64,000 nucleotides of DNA from Bacillus subtilis subsp. subtilis str. 168 (GCF_000009045.1 NC_000964.3:2542001-2606000), one strand, 5' to 3'; shown: positions 19,585-31,430, counted from the stretch's first letter. The notes: generated by a model from the letters alone, not told the origin. Numbers and translations: made by a program.

Positions 19585-20913
19585 ATGCCTTCCTTGGAGA
19601 AGGCAGTTGTTTTGGAATTTATCAATTTACTAGCAGTCGCTATTCTCATTTTGTTAACAGGATTTTTCGTTGCCGTAGAATTTTCAATCGTAAAAGTGCG
19701 GCGATCCAAAATTGATCAGCTTGTCGCAAAAGGAAAGAAAGGTGCTAAAGCGGCAAAGCATGTCATCACTCACCTTGATGAATATTTATCAGCCTGTCAG
19801 CTGGGCATCACAGTCGCAGCTTTAGGACTGGGATGGCTTGGGGAACCGACTGTGCAAACTCTGCTTCGACCGCTTTTTCATAAAGCAGGCTTAAATGAAT
19901 CGCTTACCCACCTGCTTTCACTCGTCATCGCATTTTTAGTGGTTACGTATTTAAATGTCGTTATTGGGGAGCTGGCGCCAAAGAGTTTCGCCATTCAAAA
20001 AGCAGAAAGCATTACCTTGTTGTTCGCTAAACCGCTTATTTGGTTTTATAAGATCATGTTTCCATTCATTTGGCTGTTGAACCACTCTGCCCGATTGATT
20101 ACAGGAGTGTTTGGGCTGAAGCCGGCATCAGAGCATGAGCTGGCTTATACAGAGGAAGAACTTCGGGTCCTATTGGCTGAAAGCTATAAAAGCGGCGAGA
20201 TCAGAAAAAGTGAATTAAAGTACATGAATAATATCTTCACCTTTGATAAACGAATGGCAAAGGAAATTATGGTGCCGCGAAATGAAATGGTTAGTTTGTC
20301 ACTAGATGAAGACTCCATTTCAAATCTTCAGGAAACAGTCAAGCAAACAAAATATACACGGTACCCGGTTGTAAGAGAGGATAAAGATAACGTCATTGGC
20401 GTGATTAATATGAAAGAAGTGCTGTTTTCCATGCTGACGAAAGATTTTTCAATCAAGAAGCATCAAATTGAACCTTTCGTACAGCCCGTTATCCATGTAA
20501 TTGAGACGATTCCTATTTATAAACTATTGCTGAAAATGCAAAAGGAACGCACTCATATGGCGATCCTCATAGATGAATATGGCGGGACGTCCGGTTTGGT
20601 CACTGTCGAGGATATTATCGAAGAAATTGTAGGAGAAATCCGTGATGAATTTGATGCGGATGAAGTGCCTCATATCCGCGAACTTGGAAAGGATCATTAC
20701 TTGTTAAATGCAAAATTATTAATCAGCGATGTTAACAGCCTGCTTGGAACCGATTTATCAGAGGCTGAAGTAGACACCTTGGGCGGCTGGTTTTTGACAC
20801 AAAACATAGACGCTGAGCCTGAAAGTGCCATAGAATATGATGGCTACTCTTTTAAGGTAAAAGACATCAACAGCCATCACATTTTATTTATAGAAGTTAA
20901 AAAAGCTGAATAG
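19585..20913 (+). CDS. yqhB: CNNM/CorC (hemolysin-like) transporter: DUF21 + CBS pair + CorC domain
   Basis: [20 protein letters not shown]-like [13 protein letters not shown]. Confidence 0.92.
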
Positions 20914-20934
20914 CCCGTGAAAGGCTGTTCAGCT
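20899..20934 (-). terminator. Hairpin terminating rsbRD, overlapping the yqhB stop
   Basis: AGCTGAATAGCC/GGCTGTTCAGCT; A-run gives - strand T-tail. Confidence 0.6.
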
Positions 20935-20965
20935 GCTATCTTTCAAGATAAACATGGCAAAGGCA

Positions 20966-21802
20966 TCAACACTCTTTTATTTTAAACCCTTTATTGGCCA
21001 GGGCTTTAGCAAGACTTTGCTCTGTTTTCACATTCGAAAAATCCAGACCCAGCTTCACGACAGTTTGGGCAATTTCCGGCCTGATTCCTGAAATAATAGT
21101 CTCAATGCCGAGCAATTTGGTGCTGTCAATCACTTTAAAAATTTGATAGGCTACCATGGTATCAACGATAGGAACGCCCGAAATATCTAAAAATAAATAC
21201 GAGAGCTTTAACGCTGAGCACTGCTCCAGCACAGACTCCAAAATCGTCCTCGCTCTGTGCGTATCAATTTCACCGACAAGCGGAAGAATCCCAATTCCAT
21301 CAGTAATCGGCATAATCGGCGCACTCAATTCATTAATCATTTCTTTTTGCGCGTTTAATTGTATCATGGTCACCTGGTGATATTCTTCCGTAAACACTTC
21401 GATGATCTCATCAATGTTTTGATTCAAGATCCGGCTCCACTCATAAAATTCCTGAATGCTGATGTCTTGAGAAGAAGCTTCGCTGAATTTATGAATCCAT
21501 TCAAACATGATGTGCCTGAAAGTGTTAAACTGGCCGACACTTTGTGTAACCGTCACTTCATGAACGGCACGGTCTCTGGCGCATTGAAGAGACCACCGGT
21601 TGAGCTCATCCTCTACGTCTTCTTTTCTAAGGGATTTTGCTACGATGGTCACCAATAATTCATGCTGGTCTTTTAACTTTTGTTCTAGTTTTTGCTGATC
21701 TTTCGCTGAATACAGCCAGCTGCCGTTTGACGTACAAACTTCCAGCCATTGTTGCGTAATATCTTTTTTGTGCTCTGTTAAGTGCTGATCAAGAGCTATC
21801 AT
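20966..21802 (-). CDS. rsbRD: Stressosome RsbR paralogue RsbRD (YqhA)
   Basis: C-terminal STAS: ELSAPIMP, LPLVGEID, DISGVPIVDT. Confidence 0.93.
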   Translation of the reverse strand: MIALDQHLTEHKKDITQQWLEVCTSNGSWLYSAKDQQKLEQKLKDQHELLVTIVAKSLRKEDVEDELNRWSLQCARDRAVHEVTVTQSVGQFNTFRHIMFEWIHKFSEASSQDISIQEFYEWSRILNQNIDEIIEVFTEEYHQVTMIQLNAQKEMINELSAPIMPITDGIGILPLVGEIDTHRARTILESVLEQCSALKLSYLFLDISGVPIVDTMVAYQIFKVIDSTKLLGIETIISGIRPEIAQTVVKLGLDFSNVKTEQSLAKALANKGFKIKEC

Positions 21803-21824
21803 CTTAATGAGTTACCTCCTGTTT

Positions 21825-21853
21825 TTGAAAAATGTACGCTATATATGTATAAC
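21825..21853 (+). promoter_or_regulatory. sigmaA promoter of tRNA-Gln
   Basis: TTGAAA-17-TATAAC. Confidence 0.7.
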
Positions 21854-21888
21854 GCGTCTGCCTTTACACATACTATGTTTAGATTCAA

Positions 21889-21959
21889 TGGGCTATAGCC
21901 AAGCGGTAAGGCAATGGACTTTGACTCCGTGATCGTTGGTTCGAATCCAGCTAGCCCAG
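21889..21959 (+). tRNA. tRNA-Gln (anticodon UUG), CCA not encoded
   Basis: Acceptor TGGGCTA/TAGCCCA, anticodon loop CTTTGAC (TTG 21921-23), GGTTCGAATCC T-arm. Confidence 0.96.
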
Positions 21960-21973
21960 TTTCTGAACAGGTG

Positions 21974-22023
21974 AAAAACCGAAGATAAGCTGATTCGTAT
22001 AAATCAGCGGATCTTCGGTTTTT
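21974..22023. terminator. Long bidirectional terminator tRNA-Gln/mgsR
   Basis: AAAAACCGAAGAT..GCTGATT / AATCAGC..ATCTTCGGTTTTT. Confidence 0.85.
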
Positions 22024-22025
22024 CA

Positions 22026-22406
22026 TCATGCAGATTGATGAACCGTTTTCTTCTTCGATAACTTCAACAGTTCTCCCGGGTTATAACCAATCACCAGCTT
22101 TTTGTTGTCTACTAGAATCGGGCGTCGCAAAAGCTTCGGCTTCTCGATTAAAAGTTCCAGCACCTCATTTACCGTCATTTCTTCAATGTTTAAATTTAAA
22201 TTTTTGAAAGTCTGGCTTCTTGTCGCCAAAATTTCATCAATTCCTTCTGTCGTTAACGATAAAATGTACTTTAATTCTTCTCTTGTCGGGGTTTCTCTGA
22301 ATAAGTGCCGTTCGTTAAATTCAATTTGATGTGCTTTAAGCCAATGTTTTGTTTTTCGGCATGACGTGCAGCTTGGATATGAGTAAAAAGTTAATTGTTG
22401 TTCCAT
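22026..22406 (-). CDS. mgsR: Spx-paralogue regulator MgsR (YqgZ)
   Basis: CTSC CxxC, LLRRPIL (ArsC/Spx family). Confidence 0.95.
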   Translation of the reverse strand: MEQQLTFYSYPSCTSCRKTKHWLKAHQIEFNERHLFRETPTREELKYILSLTTEGIDEILATRSQTFKNLNLNIEEMTVNEVLELLIEKPKLLRRPILVDNKKLVIGYNPGELLKLSKKKTVHQSA

Positions 22407-22447
22407 TCGTTTTTTCCTCCTCAGTTAACCATCTCTTTGTAGAATAA

Positions 22448-22473
22448 CTACCCGGATCATTTTTCATTTAAAC
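22448..22473 (-). promoter_or_regulatory. sigmaB promoter of mgsR
   Basis: GTTTAA-14-GGGTAG. Confidence 0.85.
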
Positions 22474-22637
22474 CATTTACAGAACTTTTTTCGGATTATT
22501 TTTTAAAAAACATTCATACAATAGAAAACACAATCAAAGGGACAAATTCCATTTGTATATTAATAATGAAAATGTTTACATTTCTAGGTGTGATCTATTA
22601 TAATAACAGTCAGAGGGACTCTCGGGAGGGGATAAAA

Positions 22638-22883
22638 ATGAATCGCATGTTCCGGGTGTTAGGATTTTGGACGGGAATTTTTGCAGTCATGTTTTATTTA
22701 GGTGATATGAAAGATGCTTCCCTTTTATTTTTTGGACAGACGATCTTATTTGTGTTTCTATCGTATTTGAACTTAACCGAACGCATGTATATTTATATTT
22801 TTGGCGCTTATTTAACAATTTTCTTCGCCGGCTTTACATATTACTCAATTTTTATTATGGTGCCCGGCGGCGGAGGCCATTAA
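22638..22883 (+). CDS. yqgY: Small membrane protein (DUF2626-type)
   Basis: SD GGAGGGG, ATG 22638; hydrophobic 81 aa. Confidence 0.85.
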   Translation: MNRMFRVLGFWTGIFAVMFYLGDMKDASLLFFGQTILFVFLSYLNLTERMYIYIFGAYLTIFFAGFTYYSIFIMVPGGGGH

Positions 22884-22889
22884 ATGCAG

Positions 22890-22920
22890 AAAGAGACAAA
22901 CCTTATCGGTTTGTCTCTTT
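22890..22920. terminator. Bidirectional terminator yqgY/yqgX
   Basis: AAAGAGACAAACC-ttatc-GGTTTGTCTCTTT. Confidence 0.85.
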
Positions 22921-22922
22921 TT

Positions 22923-23558
22923 TTACAATGAAAACCCATTTAAAAACGGATTTTGATCCTGCTCAGTCAGTACGTCTGTTTCAGGTCCATGGCCGCTTAA
23001 CACCAGCGTGTGTTCCGGAAGCGTAAGCAGTTTTTCATGAATGGACGTCAGCAGCGTCTCTTGATTGCCGCCTATTAAATCCGTACGTCCTATACCGCCT
23101 TGGAACAAGACATCTCCGGAAATGACCAAGTCTGCATCTTTCACGTAGTAAGACACACTGCCTGGTGAATGTCCCGGCGTAAATAATGTTTCCAAATGAA
23201 ACGGCCCGATATTCAACTCACCGTCGCCTTCAATTAGATGATCTGCAGGCTTAGCTGTGACTTCTATCCCTCGCAGCATGCCGGAGCCGTTTAAAGAAGC
23301 GTCCGCAAGCCAATTTTTTTCATTTTGATGCAGGTAAACAGGGATATCCCATTTTTCTCTCACTTCATCAAGCGCCCCAATATGGTCAAAATGGGCATGT
23401 GTAAGCAAAATGGCTAAAGGCGTCAGCCCTTTTTCTTTTATGTATTGATTGATTTTATGTCCCTCGCCGCCCGGATCAAAAATCAGACATTGATCATCAC
23501 TGATGAGAAAATATGCGTTCGCTTGAATCGGCCCTACTGGCATTCGTCTCCATTTCAC
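22923..23558 (-). CDS. yqgX: Metallo-beta-lactamase-fold hydrolase (glyoxalase II-like)
   Basis: GTG start after GAGGTG; THAHFDH, TPGHSPG, SGD, GHG. Confidence 0.92.
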   Translation of the reverse strand: MKWRRMPVGPIQANAYFLISDDQCLIFDPGGEGHKINQYIKEKGLTPLAILLTHAHFDHIGALDEVREKWDIPVYLHQNEKNWLADASLNGSGMLRGIEVTAKPADHLIEGDGELNIGPFHLETLFTPGHSPGSVSYYVKDADLVISGDVLFQGGIGRTDLIGGNQETLLTSIHEKLLTLPEHTLVLSGHGPETDVLTEQDQNPFLNGFSL

Positions 23559-23714
23559 TATTATCACCTCTTTCTTTTTTATGCTCTTATTATGAGGGTT
23601 TTTGAAAAAAGATTCAAACAATCGCAATGAAAACGCTATCGACAAACCTATAAAAAACAGGTAGAATAAAACTGGAAAGAATTGCAGGTTTTTCAATGTA
23701 AAGGGGGCTGTGTT

Positions 23715-23888
23715 ATGTTACTTGTCGTGATTTTCGGCCTTGTCGCTCTTTTCGCTTTATGGGGAGTCTTGCGTTCTGTTAGAAATAAAAATATACTCGG
23801 GTTTTTATTAGCCGGTGCCACCTTATTTGTCTTTGGATGGTTTACCGTGATGACCGTAATAAACAGCGGGTATCCAACCGCACATTAA
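23715..23888 (+). CDS. yqgW: Small 2-TM membrane protein (57 aa)
   Basis: SD AAGGGGG, ATG 23715. Confidence 0.8.
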   Translation: MLLVVIFGLVALFALWGVLRSVRNKNILGFLLAGATLFVFGWFTVMTVINSGYPTAH

Positions 23889-23915
23889 AACCTGTATCCG
23901 ATCGGATACAGGTTT
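23888..23915. terminator. Bidirectional terminator yqgW/yqgV; perfect 28-bp palindrome
   Basis: AAACCTGTATCCGATCGGATACAGGTTT. Confidence 0.85.
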
Positions 23916-23919
23916 ATTT

Positions 23920-24234
23920 TTATGGCTGTAAATGTTTATTGACACTTTCTATTTTGCTCTCAAGCGTCGTTTTTTTGTCACGCCTGTCATCGATACGGAT
24001 ATTCGTTGCCACTCTGTGCAATCCTTTTTGAAATGGCGCTTCGTGAATTGCCTGAATAACTGCAAAAAGGTCACTGAGTTCTCCCTCGATCAGCGTATTC
24101 ATCGGTGTCAGCTGATATTTGATTTTCCCTTCTGCTTGATATCCTTCTAATATCTTTTGCACATCGGCTACGTAAGCACTGACACTGGGTGTTTCCGTAC
24201 CGATTGGGATAATGGTTACATCTGCGATAGCCAT
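23920..24234 (-). CDS. yqgV: MTH1187/YkoF-like thiamine-binding family protein
   Basis: AIADVTIIP, LTPMNT.IEG, IRIDDRRDK pattern. Confidence 0.85.
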   Translation of the reverse strand: MAIADVTIIPIGTETPSVSAYVADVQKILEGYQAEGKIKYQLTPMNTLIEGELSDLFAVIQAIHEAPFQKGLHRVATNIRIDDRRDKKTTLESKIESVNKHLQP

Positions 24235-24236
24235 CG

Positions 24237-25298
24237 TTATTCCATCTCCTTTTGATCAATGATGAGTTGCTTCGTTTCATGTGATTTCAATAAAATAATT
24301 TGCTCAAAATGAAAGCCGTATAACGCATATTTCCCGTTCGGAGATATTTGAATCGGCTCCATTTCCCGCAGAGACACAAGATCTTTTGTCTCTCCCGATG
24401 CTACATTGATTGCTGCGAGCTTATATGCATCGCCGCTTTGTTTGAATGTATAAAACAGGCCTCCTGCTTCATCATAGTCATACTCCATTGGAGCCAAACT
24501 TGTATATTTCGCTTGGAGCGGCCATTTCGCTGTAACAGGTGATGTTGATTGCGGCGTTTTAAACTGATACGTCCCTTTTCCTCCGGAAGCTGATTTGACA
24601 GTAAAACTCATTTGATGGAAAGAATCGAAGAATAGAACGTTATCCTCAAGCTTCTGTTCCGTCTTAGAAGCTGTATCGAACGTATATAAAGGCCCTGTTT
24701 TATCGTCTCTACCCTCTTTTACATAATCAAATGTATTTTTGGATGTCCAATGAATGAACGGAACCTGTACTGGGCTTAAGAAAGATTCGTCTTTTTTAGC
24801 ATTCACCTGATATGTATGGAAATCCCAGTTTTCATTGAATTCCGTCACCATCATTTGATAAGGATCATACTGATTCCAAGCAGCTTCAAGCTCATACGTT
24901 TCGTAATCTTTTTCGTAAAGCGTCTCTCCTTCTGCATTAAGCAAAACCACTGCCGTCTTTTGGCTATGTGTGATTTGCAGCAGAATCATCTGCTCCCTCG
25001 CATTGATTTGAACATCAACGATTTGACCATCCGTTTGATAGAGCTTTTTCGCTTTGCCTGTAAAGATGCGGTACGCAAAAAGCTCTGTTTTCGTCGGATT
25101 AGACGCAGTATATAATATTGTGCTGTTATTCAGCCAGCCTTCCGCCCCATCCGCTTTTTCCGCGGAAAGCGGTATGATGTCTTTTTTCTCATCTTTTGCC
25201 GCCGATGCCTGTTTTTGCTGCTGATGAGATGGTTCGCATGCCGATAAACTAAACAGCAATACCGCCAGCAGAATAAAACAAACTGATCTCATCAGCAT
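24237..25298 (-). CDS. yqgU: Lipoprotein, probable beta-propeller
   Basis: Lipobox LSAC; beta-rich repeats. Confidence 0.85.
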   Translation of the reverse strand: MLMRSVCFILLAVLLFSLSACEPSHQQQKQASAAKDEKKDIIPLSAEKADGAEGWLNNSTILYTASNPTKTELFAYRIFTGKAKKLYQTDGQIVDVQINAREQMILLQITHSQKTAVVLLNAEGETLYEKDYETYELEAAWNQYDPYQMMVTEFNENWDFHTYQVNAKKDESFLSPVQVPFIHWTSKNTFDYVKEGRDDKTGPLYTFDTASKTEQKLEDNVLFFDSFHQMSFTVKSASGGKGTYQFKTPQSTSPVTAKWPLQAKYTSLAPMEYDYDEAGGLFYTFKQSGDAYKLAAINVASGETKDLVSLREMEPIQISPNGKYALYGFHFEQIILLKSHETKQLIIDQKEME

Positions 25299-25359
25299 TC
25301 CCCTCCGATCATCTTTATTCTCTCATATTTGCTTCGGCAGAAAAAAGAAAAAGTTTCAG

Positions 25360-26490
25360 TTACTCATGAAAAAATAACGCCCTCCACAAGATACCGCTTG
25401 TGGCGTTATATATGTGTGAAAACTGCTGAAACGGCAAAGGATTTTGGCCTTTTCCAAGTTCCACCGTATACCCTTCCTTAAAATAATGGTGAATAAACCA
25501 ATCACGAAATCCAGCATAGCTGTCTATATCCCTTACTCCCTTATAAATGTTCCCGCTTAACTCCTCAAACTCCTTTATGACGGCAGCAGATTCCTCAGGC
25601 TCAAGGCCTTTATAGCCCCAATAAATTTCTTCTCCTTGAGTATGAAGAGCCAGCAGTCTGTCAGGCGGATTCTCCGTGATCAGCCGGTACATCGCAATAG
25701 ATTCCGGCTCCGTAAGCGGAGAGATTCCCGGAAAATCGCGGTAGCTGGGTGCTGTCGGTTTTCGGTATTTTTCAATTTCCCATAATGATGGAAATTGTTT
25801 ATTTAAATCAACCCCGTTTATATTCGCCTTCCATTCATTAAAATTTGGACGATGTTCATTTAGCCTTTCGAGTTCATCTCTTCTGGCTCCCATGACTTCT
25901 GATCCGTTTAAAACAAGATCAACGCCATCCGGATTGACAAGAGGAACGAGGGATAAGGATGTGCTGTTAAACAGCTTTATGGGAGAAAAGCCAAAGAAAG
26001 GCGAATTGCAGCATAATGACATACAGTATTCCTTAAACCATTTTAGCAGGACAGACGTTGTAATCCACTCATTCGCATGAAATGACGCGTTCATATGGAC
26101 CTTTTTTACGGCATGCTCCCCACCAGCCTTCAGCTCCCAGATAGGCCTGCCGAGTACAGAACGGCCAATTTCCCGGCATGAGACAAACGGAAAAACATCA
26201 ATAATCTTCTTTATTTCCTTTTCAACAGCTGAATCATCATAGATTTTCTCTTGCTCAATCCAGCTATCTGAAAGTTTCAGCTGCCGAGGCTGTAAAAAGC
26301 GCTTTATGTCCTGAATGGTTTGAAGCTCTTTGCCGCTATGCTCCTCTATCACATAACCAGGGCAATACAATTGATGTTTTTGTGCGGAGCGATTTGCACT
26401 TTTAAGCAATTCCTCGTCTATCTTCAGTTCTTTCGCCACATTGGCCAAATTGTTCTTGATCTCAGGTTTCACCGTAATAAACGCCATCAT
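25360..26490 (-). CDS. yqgT: M14 Zn peptidase, gamma-D-glutamyl-meso-DAP endopeptidase-like
   Basis: HANEW, NPDG, NGVDLN, LHTQG, ELG; three tandem ATGs (26487-26493). Confidence 0.9.
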   Translation of the reverse strand: MMAFITVKPEIKNNLANVAKELKIDEELLKSANRSAQKHQLYCPGYVIEEHSGKELQTIQDIKRFLQPRQLKLSDSWIEQEKIYDDSAVEKEIKKIIDVFPFVSCREIGRSVLGRPIWELKAGGEHAVKKVHMNASFHANEWITTSVLLKWFKEYCMSLCCNSPFFGFSPIKLFNSTSLSLVPLVNPDGVDLVLNGSEVMGARRDELERLNEHRPNFNEWKANINGVDLNKQFPSLWEIEKYRKPTAPSYRDFPGISPLTEPESIAMYRLITENPPDRLLALHTQGEEIYWGYKGLEPEESAAVIKEFEELSGNIYKGVRDIDSYAGFRDWFIHHYFKEGYTVELGKGQNPLPFQQFSHIYNATSGILWRALFFHE

Positions 26491-26526
26491 CATCCCCCTT
26501 TTTTGTTACTATATGACAGCGTATTT

Positions 26527-26563
26527 AAAAAAAGAAAGCCTCCCGCTCACTTCGATGCGGGAG
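26527..26563 (-). terminator. yqgS terminator
   Basis: CTCCCGC/GCGGGAG stem; A-run gives - strand T-tail. Confidence 0.65.
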
Positions 26564-26572
26564 ACATTGTGA

Positions 26573-28498
<1,926 letters not shown>

Positions 28499-28605
28499 CT
28501 ATGCAGCACGCTCAAAAAAATCAGTCTATTCCCAACATTCTCATTAACACATCAAATTAAATCTTAACCTGAGCACAACAAAAAATCAATTTCATTTACA
28601 CAATT

Positions 28606-29571
28606 TTAACAATTTTGATGTTTCAGCCATTCATTTTTAGCGATCCAAGCGCCTCCGATAACGCCGGCATCATTTCCAAGTGCTGCGATTGAAATATCAG
28701 CAGCTTGGGCTGCCCGCGGAAACGCGCATTTGCGGAATGTTTTCTCGACTTTTGATCTCAGCAGTTCTCCGGCTCTCGATACGCCGCCGCCAAGAACGAT
28801 TTTGGATGGATTAAGCGAGCTTGCCAAATTTCCGAGCACCAAACCAAGATGCTTGGCTACATAATCAACCACCTCAAGGGCAATTTCATCATTTTCACCC
28901 GCCGCTTCAAACACATCTCGCGCTGACAATTGTTCGGTTGCTTTTAAACGTGTCGTCTTTTTAGCATTTGCTATTTTTTCTTTTGCAATTCTTACAATTC
29001 CGGTTGCTGACGCAATTGTTTCGATACAGCCCGTTTTGCCGCAGTTGCAGGGCGCTCCGCCTTCAGGGATGCTGCAAATATGGCCGATTTCTCCGCCGGC
29101 GCCATTTATACCATGTACAATTTCACCATTTGCAATGATGCCGCCGCCAACTCCTGTGCCAAGCGTCACGAGAATGACGTCTTTTGCGCCATCACCCGCT
29201 CCCTTCCACATTTCCCCGAGCGCAGCAATATTCGCGTCATTTTCTATAACAGCTGGGATGCCGGTTTCTGTCTCCAGATGGTTTTTCAAAGCATAATTTT
29301 TCCACCCTAGATTTACTGTTTCATAAACCACTCCTGCCGCCATATCTACAGGGCCTGGTGCACCCATTCCGATGTATTTGATGATGTGCTTCGGTTTTTG
29401 CAGCTCATCCAGCTTGCTGTCGATTGTTTTTGCAATTGTGACAGTAATCGTGTCGCCGGTTTTATCTGTCGGAACTTCCCACTTATGCTGAATTTCGCCA
29501 TATTGATTAATAAAAGCGAGTTTAATCGTCGTTCCTCCCAGGTCAATGCCCGCAAACCATATCTCGTCCAT
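28606..29571 (-). CDS. glcK: Glucokinase (ROK family)
   Basis: [33 protein letters not shown]. Confidence 0.96.
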
Positions 29572-29581
29572 TTTTATCACC

Positions 29582-29797
29582 TTAGCCTTTATAAAAATCT
29601 CTTCCGTTTTTTGTTTGTTCCAATTCTTTTCGAAGGACAGCTGCCGCTCTGGCCCACTGCTCCTTTTCAATCATGTGGTTCATGTATAATTCCTTTAATT
29701 CATCCAGCATAAACTCAATTTCAAGCTCTCTGTCTCCAAAATAAACAATGTGGCCAAACGTTTTTAACAGCTGCTGCACATCATAAAATGTATTCAT
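29582..29797 (-). CDS. yqgQ: Small conserved protein (DUF910)
   Basis: [15 protein letters not shown]; 71 aa, directly upstream of glcK. Confidence 0.88.
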
Positions 29798-29830
29798 TTT
29801 CCTCACCATTTCTTGAACTTAACTATCATA

Positions 29831-29859
29831 AGCGTATTCATAAGGAAGCGGTCAGTCAA
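29831..29859 (-). promoter_or_regulatory. Possible internal sigmaA promoter for yqgQ-glcK
   Basis: TTGACT-17-TACGCT. Confidence 0.4.
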
Positions 29860-29906
29860 GAAGAAAACGCTGACAAAAAAGCCAGCTTCCTTTCCATATT
29901 CCACCT

Positions 29907-31430
29907 CTATGATTCTTTATTGTTTTCAATTTGCCGCTGCAGCTCCTTGTAGCGCTGCTCCTTCGGCTTCAGTTTCACAGCCGTCTGGATGGCCTTTTCT
30001 GCTTGTGCAAGCTCATTTTTTTCCGCATACAATAACGCTAAATTGTAATAGGAAGCATGGTCTTTAGGTTCTTTTTTCACTGCTCGTTCCAAAAGGGAAA
30101 CCGCCTGATCATATTCGCCGATTTGAATATCAGAAACAGCAAGAATTTTCAAAAGATCGGCAGAGGCATCTTTTTGCGCTGCTTCTCCGTTCAGCAATTC
30201 TGTTACTTCTTCATACTTTCCTTCCTGATACAGCTCGCTTGCCTGCTGAATCAGCGCTGACTCCTGGTGTGAAGGCGAATGCAATCCGTAATATAAAAAT
30301 CCAACAGCCAAAGCAATCAGCAAAACCGCTGACAACAATCTTTTTCCAAAGGCTCCGGCTTTAGGCAACCCCAGTGCTGCTGCAGCGAAAAAGCCGCCAA
30401 TCAAGCCGCCGATATGTCCTGAATTATCAATATTCGAAACCGCAAAACCAAAGCCCAGATTGATGATAATAATGACAATAATATTGGTTCCTATAGTTCT
30501 TAAAAACATTTTTCGATTAGACAAAGCAACATACAGTAATGCACCTAAGCATCCGAATATGGCTCCTGATGCCCCTGCCGAAGGATACGGGCTGAACACA
30601 AAACTCGCAATCGAACCCGTAATGCCAGCAGCCAGATAAATCAGCAAAAATCTCCCCGATCCATACATCCGCTCAACCGCTGTACCAACCGACCATAAAG
30701 CCAGCGTATTAAAAGCTAAATGCGCTATGCCGATGTGAAGCACGATCGGTGTCAGAAGCCGCCACCATTCTCCTTGTGCAATCAGGCTGTTTTCTTTTGC
30801 TCCAAAAGCCACCAGTGTCTCCGTATTAGTGCTGCCTCCGTTTATTTCGAGCAAGAAAAACATCAGGATCTGAAGCGCAATAAATAAATATGTAAAAGTC
30901 GGTTTTCCGTTTTGAAAAACCGCCGCTTCAGTTTTTCTCTGTTCTTCTTGTTTCAGCACTAGCGAAAGGAAGCGTTCTCGCGCCATTTGCGCGTTTTCAA
31001 ACGAAGCGTGTTCCTCTGAACAATCTTCTGTACGAAATGATGGAAAAACCGCTTGAAGATCATCTCGAAGCATCGTTCCTCTAACGATCGCCGGCTCAAC
31101 TGACACAGTTCCCTTCTCAAAAGTTTTTTTTGCAATCTCTTCCCAGTCATCAACTGGGGCTTCCGTTGAAAAAAACACGTTCAGCAGCTTCATCCTTCGT
31201 CTGCCCAATTGATGTCTGACTCGTTCTACTCGTTCGGCCTGCTCTTCGATGTCTCTAACCATTTCTTGACGGAAATCAAGATCGTGCTTATAAAGACGAA
31301 CTAGATCATGAGAGGACTTGTCCGGCGCTTCCAGCCATATTTCATCTGACTCACCGGCTTGTATGACGCCATACCCGCTATTCACCAGGTGCGCCGCAAT
31401 TTTCCAATATGTATACTCCAGCAAAAACAT
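29907..31430 (-). CDS. gluP: Rhomboid intramembrane protease with C-terminal TPRs (YqgP)
   Basis: WWRL, HLAFN, GASG catalytic Ser, GHIGG His, TPR tail. Confidence 0.95.
   Translation of the reverse strand: MFLLEYTYWKIAAHLVNSGYGVIQAGESDEIWLEAPDKSSHDLVRLYKHDLDFRQEMVRDIEEQAERVERVRHQLGRRRMKLLNVFFSTEAPVDDWEEIAKKTFEKGTVSVEPAIVRGTMLRDDLQAVFPSFRTEDCSEEHASFENAQMARERFLSLVLKQEEQRKTEAAVFQNGKPTFTYLFIALQILMFFLLEINGGSTNTETLVAFGAKENSLIAQGEWWRLLTPIVLHIGIAHLAFNTLALWSVGTAVERMYGSGRFLLIYLAAGITGSIASFVFSPYPSAGASGAIFGCLGALLYVALSNRKMFLRTIGTNIIVIIIINLGFGFAVSNIDNSGHIGGLIGGFFAAAALGLPKAGAFGKRLLSAVLLIALAVGFLYYGLHSPSHQESALIQQASELYQEGKYEEVTELLNGEAAQKDASADLLKILAVSDIQIGEYDQAVSLLERAVKKEPKDHASYYNLALLYAEKNELAQAEKAIQTAVKLKPKEQRYKELQRQIENNKES

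Noticed and set aside
23559-23696. Track extensions of yqgX (also glcK, pstBA, yqfX, ispH, ispG, yqxD, mntR, gcvPB, yqzG, yqgY)
   Set aside because: Longest-ORF artefacts; downstream starts have proper SDs and match family N-termini.
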